Below, in pieces: positions 1-13,700 of a stretch of 64,000 nt of DNA. The translations under genes were made by a program, and so were the position numbers. Origin of the DNA: the human T2T-CHM13v2.0 reference genome, Homo sapiens; the NCBI RefSeq assembly GCF_009914755.1, contig NC_060941.1. The stretch is one strand, 5' to 3'. The notes under the pieces are model-generated. The model was given only the letters and a program-made list of their open reading frames with translations. It did not search any database and had not been told where the DNA came from. Every line of letters starts with the position of its first letter. Position 1 is the first letter of the stretch.

Positions 1-199
1 CTAGTGGAGATTTGGAGCGCTTTGAGGCCTATGGTAGTAAAGGGAAGAGCTTCACATAAAATCTAGACAGACGCATTCTCAGAAAATACTTTGTGATGAT
101 TGAGTTTAACACACAGAGCTGAACATTCCTTTGGATGGAGAAGGTTTGAAACACACTTTCTGTAGAATCTGCGAGTGGATATTTGGACCTCTCTGAGGA

Positions 200-216
200 T
201 TTCGTTGGAAACGGGA
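200..216 (+). promoter_or_regulatory. CENP-B box, intact (14-mer monomer 1; recurs every HOR)
   Basis: TTTCGTTGGAAACGGGA matches the 17-bp consensus, with the core TTCG....A..CGGG intact. Confidence 0.95.
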
Positions 217-365
217 TAACTGCACCTAACTAAACGGAAGCATTCTCACAAAATTCTTTGTGATGTTTGCATTCAAATCCCAGAGTTGAACCTTCCTTTG
301 ATAGTTCAGCTTTGAAACATTCTTTTTGTAGGTTCTGCAAGTGGATATTTGGACGACTCTTTGGC

Positions 366-382
366 CTTCGTTCGAAACGGGT
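366..382 (+). promoter_or_regulatory. CENP-B box, core intact (14-mer monomer 2)
   Basis: CTTCGTTCGAAACGGGT retains all nine core bases. Confidence 0.88.
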
Positions 383-877
383 ACATCTTCAAATGAAAAC
401 TAGACAGAAGCCTTCTCAGAAACTTCTCTGTGACGATTGCATTCAACTCAAAGAGTTGAACCCTCCTATGGATAGAGCAGTTTTGAATCTCTCTTTTTGT
501 GGAATCTGCAAGTGGATATGTGGTCCTCTTTGAAGATGTCTTTGGAAACGGGAATATTTTCACATTAAAACTAAACAGAAGCATTCTCAGAAACTTCTCT
601 GTGATGTTTGTGTTCAACTCACAGAGTTTCACGTTGCTTTTCATAGAGCAGATGAGAAACATGCTTTTCGTAGGGTCTGCAAGTGGACATTTGGAGAACT
701 TTCAGGCCTGTGGTGGAAAACGAATTATCGTCACGTAAAAACTAGAGAGAAGCATTGTCAGAAACTTGTTTGTGATGACTGCATTCAACTCACAGAGTTG
801 AAGGTTCCTTTTCAAACAGCAGTTTCCAAACACTCTTTCTGTGGCATCTGCAGTGGATGTTTGGGCCTCTTTGAAGA

Positions 878-894
878 TTTCGTTGGAAACGGGA
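878..894 (+). promoter_or_regulatory. CENP-B box, intact (14-mer monomer 5)
   Basis: TTTCGTTGGAAACGGGA. Confidence 0.95.
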
Positions 895-1390
895 TAATCT
901 TCACAGAAAAGCTAAACAGAAGCATTCTCAGAAACTTCTTTGTGATGTTTGCTTTCAACTCACAGAGTTGAACTTTCCTTTTGAGAGAGAAGCTTTGAAA
1001 CACTCTTTTTCTAGAATCTGCAAGTGGATATTTGGAGGGCTTTGAGGCCTGAGGTGGAAAAGGAATTATCTTCCCGTAAGAACTAGGTAGATGCATTCTC
1101 AGAAACTACTTTGTGACGATTGCATTCAAGTCACAGAGGTGAACATTCCCTTTCAGAGAGCACTTTGGAAACTCTCGTTGTGTAGAATCTGCAAGTGGAG
1201 ATATGGACCGCTTTGAGGCCTATGGTAGTAAAGGAAACAGCTTCATATAAAAACTAGACAGCAGCATTCTCAGAAAACTCTTTGTGACGACTGAGTTTAA
1301 CTCACAGGGCTGAACATTCCTTTGGATGGAGCAGTTTGGAAACACACTATCTGTAGGATCTGCAAGCGGATACTTGGGCCTCTCTGAGGA

Positions 1391-1407
1391 TTGCGTTGGA
1401 AACGGGA
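1391..1407 (+). promoter_or_regulatory. Degenerate CENP-B box (14-mer monomer 8)
   Basis: TTGCGTTGGAAACGGGA: a T>G change in the core TTCG, present in all nine 14-mer-array copies. Confidence 0.85.
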
Positions 1408-1728
1408 TAAACCGCACAGAACGAAACAGAAGCATTCTCAGAACCTTCTTCGTGATGTTTGCATTCAACCCACAGTGTTGAACCTTTCTTTGATAGTTCA
1501 GGTTTGAAACACTCTTTTTGTAGAAACTGCAAGTGGATAACTGCACTTCTTTGAGGCCTATCGTAGTAAAGGAAATAACTTCCTATAAAAACAAGACAGA
1601 AGCTTTCTCAGAAAATTCTCTGGGATGATTGAGTAGAACTCACAGAGCACTACTTTCCTTGGGATGGAGTAGTTTCGAAACACACTTTCTGTAGAATCTG
1701 CAAGTGGATATTTGGACCTGTCTGAGGA

Positions 1729-1745
1729 ATTCGTTGCAAACGGGA
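1729..1745 (+). promoter_or_regulatory. CENP-B box, core intact, overlapping the EcoRI site (14-mer monomer 10)
   Basis: ATTCGTTGCAAACGGGA retains TTCG....A..CGGG. Confidence 0.82.
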
Positions 1746-4700
1746 TAATTTCAGCTAAGTAAACAGAAGCAGTCTCAGAATCTTCTTGTGATGTTTGCAT
1801 TCAAATCCCAGAATTGAACCTTCCTTTGAAAGTTCAGGTTGGAAACACTCTTTTTGCAGGATCTACAAGTGGATATTCGGACCACTCTGTGGACTTTGTT
1901 CGAAACGGGTATATCTTCACATAACATCTAGACAGAAGCATTCTCAGAAACTTTTCTGTGATGACTGCATTCAACTCACAGAGTTGAACACTCCTTTTGA
2001 GAGCGCAGTTTTGAAACTCTCTTTCTCTGGAATCTGCAAGGGGACATGCAGACCTCTTTGAAGGTTTCGTTGGAAACGGAATCATCTTCACATAAAAATT
2101 ACACAGAAGCATCCTCAGGAACTCCTTGGTGATGTTTGTATTCAACTTCCAGAGTTGAACTTTCCTTCGGAAAGAGCAGCTATGAAACACTCTTTTTCTA
2201 GAATCTGCAAGTGGACATTGGGAGGGCTGTGAGGTTTGTGGTGGAAAAGGAAATATCTCCACATAAATACTAGATAGAAGCCTTCTCAGAAACTACTTTG
2301 TGATGATTGCATTCACCTCACGGAGTGGAGCATTCCTATTGACAGAGCAGTTTGGAAACACTCTTCTCGTAGAATCGGCTAGTGGAGATTTGGAGCGCTT
2401 TGAGGCCTATGGTAGTAAAGGGAAGAGCTTCACATAAAATCTAGACAGACGCATTCTCAGAAAATACTTTGTGATGATTGAGTTTAACACACAGAGCTGA
2501 ACATTCCTTTGGATGGAGAAGGTTTGAAACACACTTTCTGTAGAATCTGCGAGTGGATATTTGGACCTCTCTGAGGATTTCGTTGGAAATGGGATAACTG
2601 CACCTAACTAAACGGAAGCATTCTCACAAAATTCTTTGTGATGTTTGCATTCAAATCCCAGAGTTGAACCTTCCTTTGATAGTTCAGCTTTGAAACATTC
2701 TTTTTGTAGGTTCTGCAAGTGGATATTTGGACGACTCTTTGGCCTTCGTTCGAAACGGGTACATCTTCAAATGAAATCTAGACAGAAGCCTTCTCAGAAA
2801 CTTCTCTGTGACGATTGCATTCAACTCAAAGAGTTGAACCCTCCTATGGATAGAGCAGTTTTGAATCTCTCTTTTTGTGGAATCTGCAAGTGGATATGTG
2901 TTCCTCTTTGAAGATGTCTTTGGAAACGGGAATATCTTCACATTAAAACTAAACAGAAGCATTCTCAGAAACTTCTCTGTGATGTTTGTGTTCAACTCAC
3001 AGAGTTTCACGTTGCTTTTCATAGAGCAGATGAGAAACATGCTTTTCGTAGGGTCTGCAAGTGGACATTTGGAGAACTTTCAGGCCTGTGGTGGAAAACG
3101 AATTATCGTCACGTAAAAACTAGAGAGAAGCATTGTCAGAAACTTGTTTGTGATGACTGCATTCAACTCACAGAGTTGAAGGTTCCTTTTCAAACAGCAG
3201 TTTCCAAACACTCTTTCTGTGGCATCTGCAGTGGATGTTTGGGCCTCTTTGAAGATTTCGTTGGAAACGGGATAATCTTCACAGAAAAGCTAAACAGAAG
3301 CATTCTCAGAAACTTCTTTGTGATGTTTGCTTTCAACTCACAGAGTTGAACTTTCCTTTTGAGAGAGAAGCTTTGAAACACTCTTTTTCTAGAATCTGAA
3401 AGTGGATATTTGGAGGGCTTTGAGGCCTGAGGTGGAAAAGGAATTATCTTCCCGTAAGAACTAGGTAGTTGCATTCTCAGAAACTACTTTGTGACGATTG
3501 CATTCAAGTCACAGAGGTGAACATTCCCTTTCAGAGAGCACTTTGGAAACTCTCGTTGTGTAGAATCTGCAAGTGGAGATATGGACCGCTTTGAGGCCTA
3601 TGGTAGTAAAGGAAACAGCTTCATATAAAAACTAGACAGCAGCATTCTCAGAAAACTCTTTGTGACGACTGAGTTTAACTCACAGGGCTGAACATTCCTT
3701 TGGATGGAGCAGTTTGGAAACACACTATCTGTAGGATCTGCAAGCGGATACTTGGGCCTCTCTGAGGATTGCGTTGGAAACGGGATAAACCGCACAGAAC
3801 GAAACAGAAGCATTCTCAGAACCTTCTTCGTGATGTTTGCATTCAACCCACAGTGTTGAACCTTTCTTTGATAGTTCAGGTTTGAAACACTCTTTTTGTA
3901 GAAACTGCAAGTGGATAACTGCACTTCTTTGAGGCCTATCGTAGTAAAGGAAATAACTTCCTATAAAAACAAGACAGAAGCTTTCTCAGAAAATTCTCTG
4001 GGATGATTGACTTGAACTCACAGAGCAGTACTTTCCTTGGGATGGAGTAGTTTCGAAACACACTTTCTGTAGAATCTGCAAGTGGATATTTGGACCTGTC
4101 TGAGGAATTCGTTGCAAACGGGATAATTTCAGCTAAGTAAACAGAAGCAGTCTCAGAATCTTCTTGTGATGTTTGCATTGAAATCCCAGAATTGAACCTT
4201 CCTTTGAAAGTTCAGGTTGGAAACACTCTTTTTGCAGGATCTACAAGTGGATATTCGGACCACTCTGTGGACTTCGTTCGAAACGGGTATATCTTCACAT
4301 AACATCTAGACAGAAGCATTCTCAGAAACTTTTCTGTGATGACTGCATTCAACTCACAGAGTTGAACACTCCTTTTGAGAGCGCAGTTTTGAAACTCTCT
4401 TTCTCTGGAATCTGCAAGGGGACATGCAGACCTCTTTGAAGGTTTCGTTGGAAACGGAATCATCTTCACATAAAAATTACACAGAAGCATTCTCAGGAAC
4501 TCCTTGGGGATGTTTGTATTCAACTTCCAGAGTTGAACTTTCCTTCGGAAAGAGCAGCTATGAAACACTCTTTTTCTAGAATCTGCAAGTGGACATTGGG
4601 AGGGCTGTGAGGTTTGTGGTGGAAAAGGAAATATCTCCACATAAATACTAGATAGAAGCCTTCTCAGAAACTACTTTGTGATGATTGCATTCACCTCACG

Positions 4701-7700
4701 GAGTGGAGCATTCCTATTGACAGAGCAGTTTGGATACACTCTTCTTGTAGAATCGGCTAGCGGAGATTTGGAGCGCTTTGAGGCCTATGGTAGTAAAGGG
4801 AAGAGCTTCACATAAAATCTAGACAGAAGCATTCTCAGAAAATACTTTGTGATGTTTGAGTTTAACACACAGAGCTGAACATTCCTTTGGATGGAGAAGG
4901 TTTGAAACACACTTTCTGTAGAATCTGCGAGTGGATATTTGGACCTCTCTGAGGATTTCGTTGGAAACGGGATAACTGCACCTAACTAAACGGAAGCATT
5001 CTCACAAAATTCTTTGTGATGTTTGCATTCAAATCCCAGAGTTGAACCTTCCTTTGATAGTTCAGCTTTGAAACACTCTTTTTGTAGGATCTGCAAGTGG
5101 ATATTTGGACCACTCTTTGGCCTTCGTTCGAAACGGGTACATCTTCAAATAAAATCTAGACAGAAGCCTTCTCAGAAACTTCTCTGTGACGATTGCATTC
5201 AACTCAAAGCGTTGAACCCTCCTATGGATAGAGCAGTTTTGAATCTCTCTTTTTGTGGAATCTGCAAGTGGATATGTGGTCCTCTTTGAAGATGTCTTTG
5301 GAAACGGGAATATCTTCACATTAAAACTAAACAGAAGCATTCTCAGAAACTTCTCTGTGATGTTTGTGTTCAACTCACAGAGTTTCACGTTGCTTTTCAT
5401 AGAGCAGATGAGAAACATGCTTTTCGTAGGGTCTGCAAGTGGACATTTGGAGAGCTTTCAGGCCTGTGGTGGAAAACGAATTATCGTCACGTAAAAACTA
5501 GAGAGAAGCATTGTCAGAAACTTGTTTGTGATGACTGCATTCAACTCACAGAGTTGAAGGTTCCTTTTCAAACAGCAGTTTCCAAACACTCTTTCTGTGG
5601 CATCTGCAAGTGGATGTTTGGGCCTCTTTGAAGATTTCGTTGGAAACGGGATAATCTTCACAGAAAAGCTAAACAGAAGCATTCTCAGAAACTTCTTTGT
5701 GATGTTTGCTTTCAACTCACAGAGTTGAACTTTCCTTTTGAGAGAGAAGCTTTGAAACACTCTTTTTCTAGAATCTGCAAGTGGATATTTGGAGGGCTTT
5801 GAGGCCTGAGGTGGAAAAGGAATTATCTTCCCGTAAGAACTAGATAGATGCATTCTCAGAAACTACTTTGTGACGATTGCATTCAAGTCACAGAGGTGAA
5901 CATTCCCTTTCAGAGAGCACTTTGGAAACTCTCGTTGTGTAGAATCTGCAAGTGGAGATATGGACCGCTTTGAGGCCTATGGTAGTAAAGGAAACAGCTT
6001 CATATAAAAACTAGACAGCAGCATTCTCAGAAAACTCTTTGTGACGACTGAGTTTAACTCACAGGGCTGAACATTCCTTTGGATGGAGCAGTTTGGAAAC
6101 ACACTATCTGTAGGATCTGCAAGCGGATACTTGGGCCTCTCTGAGGATTGCGTTAGAAACGGGATAAACCGCACAGAACTAAACAGAAGCATTCTCAGAA
6201 CCTTCTTCGTGATGTTTGCATTCAACCCACAGTGTTGAACCTTTCTTTGATAGTTCAGGTTTGAAACACTCTTTTTGTAGAAACTGCAAGTGGATAACTG
6301 CACTTCTTTGAGGCCTATCGTAGTAAAGGAAATAACTTCCTATAAAAACAAGACAGAAGCTTTCTCAGAAAATTCTCTGGGATGATTGAGTTGAACTCAC
6401 AGAGCACTACTTTCCTTGGGATGGAGTAGTTTCGAAACACACTTTCTGTAGAATCTGCAAGTGGATATTTGGACCTGTCTGAGGAATTCGTTGCAAACGG
6501 GATAATTTCAGCTAAGTAAACAGAAGCAGTCTCAGAATCTTCTTGTGATGTTTGCATTCAAATCCCAGAATTGAACCTTCCTTTGAAAGTTCAGGTTGGA
6601 AACACTCTTTTTGCAGGATCTACAAGTGGATATTCGGACCACTCTGTGGACTTCGTTCGAAACGGGTATATCTTCACATAACATCTAGACAGAAGCATTC
6701 TCAGAAACTTTTCTGTGATGACTGCATTCAACTCACAGAGTTGAACACTCCTTTTGAGAGCGCAGTTTTGAAACTCTCTTTCTCTGGAATCTGCAAGGGG
6801 ACATGCAGACCTCTTTGAAGGTTTCGTTGGAAACGGAATCATCTTCACATAAAAATTACACAGAAGCATTCTCAGGAACTCCTTGGTGATGTTTGTATTC
6901 AACTTCCAGAGTTGAACTTTCCTTCGGAAAGAGCAGCTATGAAACACTCTTTTACTAGAATCTCCAAGTGGACATTGGGAGGGCTGTGAGGTTTGTGGTG
7001 GAAAAGGAAATATCTCCACATAAATACTAGATAGAAGCCTTCTCAGAAACTACTTTGTGATGATTGCATTCACCTCACGGAGTGGAGCATTCCTATTGAC
7101 AGAGCAGTTTGGATACACTCTTCTTGTAGAATCGGCTAGCGGAGATTTGGAGCGCTTTGAGGCCAATGGTAGTAAAGGGAAGAGCTTCACATAAAATCTA
7201 GACAGAAGCATTCTCAGAAAATACTTTGTGATGATTGAGTTTAACACACAGAGCTGAACATTCCTTTGGATGGAGAAGGTTTGAAACACACTTTCTGTAG
7301 AATCTGCGAGTGGATATTTGGACCTCTCTGAGGATTTCGTTGGAAACGGGATAACTGCACCTAACTAAACGGAAGCATTCTCACAAAATTCTTTGTGATG
7401 TTTGCATTCAAATCCCAGAGTTGAACCTTCCTTTGATAGTTCAGCTTTGAAACACTCTTTTTGTAGGATCTGCAAGTGGATATTTGGACCACTCTTTGGC
7501 CTTCGTTCGAAACGGGTACATATTCAAATAAAATCTAGACAGAAGCCTTCTCAGAAACTTCTCTGTGACGATTGCATTCAACTCAAAGCGTTGAACCCTC
7601 CTATGGATAGAGCAGTTTTGAATCTCTCTTTTTGTGGAATCTGCAAGTGGATATGTGGTCCTCTTTGAAGATGTCTTTGGAAACGGGAATATCTTCACAT

Positions 7701-10700
7701 TAAAACTAAACAGAAGCATTCTCAGAAACTTCTCTGTGATGTTTGTGTTCAACTCACAGAGTTTCACGTTGCTTTTCATAGAGCAGATGAGAAACATGCT
7801 TTTCGTAGGGTCTGCAAGTGGACATTTGGAGAGATTTCAGGCCTGTGGTGGAAAACGAATTATCGTCACGTAAAAACTAGAGAGAAGCATTGTCAGAAAC
7901 TTGTTTGTGATGACTGCATTCAACTCACAGAGTTGAAGGTTCCTTTTCAAACAGCAGTTTCCAAACACTCTTTCTGTGGCATCTGCAAGTGGATGTTTGG
8001 GCCTCTTTGAAGATTTCGTTGGAAACGGGATAATCTTCACAGGAAAGCTAAACAGAAGCATTCTCAGAAACTTCTTTGTGATGTTTGCTTTCAACTCACA
8101 GAGTTGAACTTTCCTTTTGAGAGAGAAGCTTTGAAACACTCTTTTTCTAGAATCTGCAAGTGGATATTTGGAGGGCTTTGAGGCCTGAGGTGGAAAAGGA
8201 ATTATCTTCCCGTAAGAACTAGATAGATGCATTCTCAGAAACTACTTTGTGACGATTGCATTCAAGTCACAGAGGTGAACATTCCCTTTCAGAGAGCACT
8301 TTGGAAACTCTCGTTGTGTAGAATCTGCAAGTGGAGATATGGACCGCTTTGAGGCCTATGGTAGTAAAGGAAACAGCTTCATATAAAAACTAGACAGCAG
8401 CATTCTCAGAAAACTCTTTGTGACGACTGAGTTTAACTCACAGGGCTGAACATTCCTTTGGATGGAGCAGTTTGGAAACACACTATCTGTAGGATCTGCA
8501 AGCGGATACTTGGGCCTCTCTGAGGATTGCGTTGGAAACGGGATAAACCGCACAGAACGAAACAGAAGCATTCTCAGAACCTTCTTCGTGATGTTTGCAT
8601 TCAACCCACAGTGTTGAACCTTTCTTTGATAGTTCAGGTTTGAAACACTCTTTTTGTAGAAACTGCAAGTGGATAACTGCACTTCTTTGAGGCCTATCGT
8701 AGTAAAGGAAATAACTTCCTATAAAAACAAGACAGAAGCTTTCTCAGAAAATTCTCTGGGATGATTGAGTTGAACTCACAGAGCACTACTTTCCTTGGGA
8801 TGGAGTAGTTTCGAAACACACTTTCTGTAGAATCTGCAAGTGGATATTTGGACCTGTCTGAGGAATTCGTTGCAAACGGGATAATTTCAGCTAAGTAAAC
8901 AGAAGCAGTCTCAGAATCTTCTTGTGATGTTTGCATTCAAATCCCAGAATTGAACCTTCCTTTGAAAGTTCAGGTTGGAAACACTCTTTTTGCAGGATCT
9001 ACAAGTGGATATTCGGACCACTCTGTGGACTTCGTTCAAAACGGGTATATCTTCACATAACATCTAGACAGAAGCATTCTCAGAAACTTTTCTGTGATGA
9101 CTGCATTCAACTCACAGAGTTGAACACTCCTTTTGAGAGCGCAGTTTTGAAACTCTCTTTCTCTGGAATCTGCAAGGGGACATGCAGACCTCTTTGAAGG
9201 TTTCGTTGGAAACGGAATCATCTTCACATAAAAATTACACAGAAGCATTCTCAGGAACTCCTTGGTGATGTTTGTATTCAACTTCCAGAGTTGAACTTTC
9301 CTTCGGAAAGAGCAGCTATGAAACACTCTTTTTCTAGAATCTGCAAGTGGACATTGGGAGGGCTGTGAGGTTTGTGGTGGAAAAGGAAATATCTCCACAT
9401 AAATACTAGATAGAAGCCTTCTCAGAAACTACTTTGTGATGATTGCATTCACCTCACGGAGTGAAGCATTCCTATTGACAGAGCAGTTTGGAAACACTCT
9501 TGTTGTACAATCTCCTAGTGGAGGTTTGGAGCGCTTTGAGACCTATGGTAGTAAAGGGAAGAGCTTCACATAAAATCTAGACAGAAGCATTCTCAGAAAA
9601 TACTTTGTGATGATTGAGTTTAACACACAGAGCTGCACATTCCTTTGGATGGAGAAGGTTTGAAACACACTTTCTGTAGAATCTGCGAGTGGATATTTGG
9701 ACCTCTCTGAGGATTTCGTTGGAAACGGGATAACTGCACCTAACTAAACGGAAGCATTCTCACAGAATTCTTTGTGATGTTTGCATTCAAATCCCAGAGT
9801 TGAACCTTCCTTTGATAGTTCAGCTTTGAAACATTCTTTTTGTAGGTTCTGCAAGTGGATATTTGGACCACTCTTTGGCCTTCGTTCGAAACGGGTACAT
9901 CTTCAAATGAAAACTAGACAGAAGCCTTCTCAGAAACTTCTCTGTGACGATTGCATTCAACTCAAAGAGTTGAACCCTCCTATGGATAGAGCAGTTTTGA
10001 ATCTCTCTTTTTGTGGAATCTGCAAGTGGATATGTGGTCCTCTTTGAAGATGTCTTTGGAAACGGGAATATCTTCACATTAAAACTAAACAGAAGCATTC
10101 TCAGAAACTTCTCTGTGATGTTTGTGTTCAACTCACAGAGTTTCACGTTGCTTTTCATAGAGCAGATGAGAAACATGCTTTTCGTAGGGTCTGCAAGTGG
10201 ACATTTGGAGAACTTTCAGGCCTGTGGTGGAAAACGAATTATCGTCACGTAAAAACTAGAGAGAAGCATTGTCAGAAACTTGTTTGTGATGACTGCATTC
10301 AACTCACAGAGTTGAAGGTTCCTTTTCAAACAGCAGTTTCCAAACACTCTTTCTGTGGCATCTGCAGTGGATGTTTGGGCCTCTTTGAAGATTTCGTTGG
10401 AAACGGGATAATCTTCACAGAAAAGCTAAACAGAAGCATTCTCAGAAACTTCTTTGTGATGTTTGCTTTCAACTCACAGAGTTGAACTTTCCTTTTGAGA
10501 GAGAAGCTTTGAAACACTCTTTTTCTAGAATCTGCAAGTGGATATTTGGAGGGCTTTGAGGCCTGAGGTGGAAAAGGAATTATCTTCCCGTAAGAACTAG
10601 GTAGATGCATTCTCAGAAACTACTTTGTGACGATTGCATTCAAGTCACAGAGGTGAACATTCCCTTTCAGAGAGCACTTTGGAAACTCTCGTTGTGTAGA

Positions 10701-13700
10701 ATCTGCAAGTGGAGATATGGACCGCTTTGAGGCCTATGGTAGTAAAGGAAACAGCTTCATATAAAAACTAGACAGCAGCATTCTCAGAAAACTCTTTGTG
10801 ACGACTGAGTTTAACTCACAGGGCTGAACATTCCTTTGGATGGAGCAGTTTGGAAACACACTATCTGTAGGATCTGCAAGCGGATACTTGGGCCTCTCTG
10901 AGGATTGCGTTGGAAACGGGATAAACCGCACAGAACGAAACAGAAGCATTCTCAGAACCTTCTTCGTGATGTTTGCATTCAACCCACAGTGTTGAACCTT
11001 TCTTTGATAGTTCAGGTTTGAAACACTCTTTTTGTAGAAACTGCAAGTGGATAACTGCACTTCTTTGAGGCCTATCGTAGTAAAGGAAATAACTTCCTAT
11101 AAAAACAAGACAGAAGCTTTCTCAGAAAATTCTCTGGGATGATTGAGTAGAACTCACAGAGCACTACTTTCCTTGGGATGGAGTAGTTTCGAAACACACT
11201 TTCTGTAGAATCTGCAAGTGGATATTTGGACCTGTCTGAGGAATTCGTTGCAAACGGGATAATTTCAGCTAAGTAAACAGAAGCAGTCTCAGAATCTTCT
11301 TGTGATGTTTGCATTCAAATCCCAGAATTGAACCTTCCTTTGAAAGTTCAGGTTGGAAACACTCTTTTTGCAGGATCTACAAGTGGATATTCGGACCAAT
11401 CTGTGGACTTTGTTCGAAACGGGTATATCTTCACATAACATCTAGACAGAAGCATTCTCAGAAACTTTTCTGTGATGACTGCATTCAACTCACAGAGTTG
11501 AACACTCCTTTTGAGAGCGCAGTTTTGAAACTCTCTTTCTCTGGAATCTGCAAGGGGACATGCAGACCTCTTTGAAGGTTTCGTTGGAAACAGAATCATC
11601 TTCACATAAAAATTACACAGAAGCATTCTCAGGAACTCCTTGGTGATGTTTGTATTCAACTTCCAGAGTTGAACTTTCCTTCGGAAAGAGCAGCTATGAA
11701 ACACTCTTTTTCTAGAATCTGCAAGTGGACATTGGGAGGGCTGTGAGGTTTGTGGTGGAAAAGGAAATATCTCCACATAAATACTAGATAGAAGCCTTCT
11801 CAGAAACTACTTTGTGATGATTGCATTCACCTCACGGAGTGGAGCATTCCTATTGACAGAGCAGTTTGGAAACACTCTTCTCGTAGAATCGGCTAGTGGA
11901 GATTTGGAGCGCTTTGAGGCCTATGGTAGTAAAGGGAAGAGCTTCACATAAAATCTAGACAGACGCATTCTCAGAAAATACTTTGTGATGATTGAGTTTA
12001 ACACACAGAGCTGAACATTCCTTTGGATGGAGAAGGTTTGAAACACACTTTCTGTAGAATCTGCGAGTGGATATTTGGACCTCTCTGAGGATTTCGTTGG
12101 AAACGGGATAACTGCACCTAACTAAACGGAAGCATTCTCACAAAATTCTTTGTGATGTTTGCATTCAAATCCCAGAGTTGAACCTTCCTTTGATAGTTCA
12201 GCTGTGAAACATTCTTTTTGTAGGTTCTGCAAGTGGATATTTGGACGACTCTTTGGCCTTCGTTCGAAACGGGTACATCTTCAAATGAAATCTAGACAGA
12301 AGCCTTCTCAGAAACTTCTCTGTGACGATTGCATTCAACTCAAAGAGTTGAACCCTCCTATGGATAGAGCAGTTTTGAATCTCTCTTTTTGTGGAATCTG
12401 CAAGTGGATATGTGGTCCTCTTTGAAGATGTCTTTGGAAACGGGAATATCTTCACATTAAAACTAAACAGAAGCATTCTCAGAAACTTCTCTGTGATGTT
12501 TGTGTTCAACTCACAGAGTTTCACGTTGCTTTTCATAGAGCAGATGAGAAACATGCTTTTCGTAGGGTCTGCAAGTGGACATTTGGAGAACTTTCAGGCC
12601 TGTGGTGGAAAACGAATTATCGTCACGTAAAAACTAGAGAGAAGCATTGTCAGAAACTTGATTGTGATGACTGCATTCAACTCACACAGTTGAAGGTTCC
12701 TTTTCAAACAGCAGTTTCCAAACACTCTTTCTGTGGCATCTGCAGTGGATGTTTGGGCCTCTTTGAAGATTTCGTTGGAAACGGGATAATCTTCACAGAA
12801 AAGCTAAACAGAAGCATTCTCAGAAACTTCTTTGTGATGTTTGCTTTCAACTCACAGAGTTGAACTTTCCTTTTGAGAGAGAAGCTTTGAAACACTCTTT
12901 TTCTAGAATCTGCAAGTGGATATTTGGAGGGCTTTGAGGCCTGAGGTGGAAAAGGAATTATCTTCCCGTAAGAACTAGGTAGATGCATTCTCAGAAACTA
13001 CTTTGTGACGATTGCATTCAAGTCACAGAGGTGAACATTCCCTTTCAGAGAGCACTTTGGAAACTCTCGTTGTGTAGAATCTGCAAGTGGAGATATGGAC
13101 CGCTTTGAGGCCTATGGTAGTAAAGGAAACAGCTTCATATAAAAACTAGACAGCAGCATTCTCAGAAAACTCTTTGTGACGACTGAGTTTAACTCACAGG
13201 GCTGAACATTCCTTTGGATGGAGCAGTTTGGAAACACACTATCTGTAGGATCTGCAAGCGGATACTTGGGCCTCTCTGAGGATTGCGTTGGAAACGGGAT
13301 AAACCGCACAGAACGAAACAGAAGCATTCTCAGAACCTTCTTCGTGATGTTTGCATTCAACCCACAGTGTTGAACCTTTCTTTGATAGTTCAGGTTTGAA
13401 ACACTCTTTTTGTAGAAACTGCAAGTGGATAACTGCACTTCTTTGAGGCCTATCGTAGTAAAGGAAATAACTTCCTATAAAAACAAGACAGAAGCTTTCT
13501 CAGAAAATTCTCTGGGATGATTGAGTTGAACTCACAGAGCAGTACTTTCCTTGGGATGGAGTAGTTTCGAAACACACTTTCTGTAGAATCTGCAAGTGGA
13601 TATTTGGACCTGTCTGAGGAATTCGTTGCAAACGGGATAATTTCAGCTAAGTAAACAGAAGCAGTCTCAGAATCTTCTTGTGATGTTTGCATTGAAATCC

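Noticed and set aside
1672-1681. Short palindrome GTTTCGAAAC (also at ~25289 in each 16-mer) as a cruciform signal
   Set aside because: Only 10 bp with no loop, and it lies in different monomers in the two arrays. Too weak to call from sequence alone.
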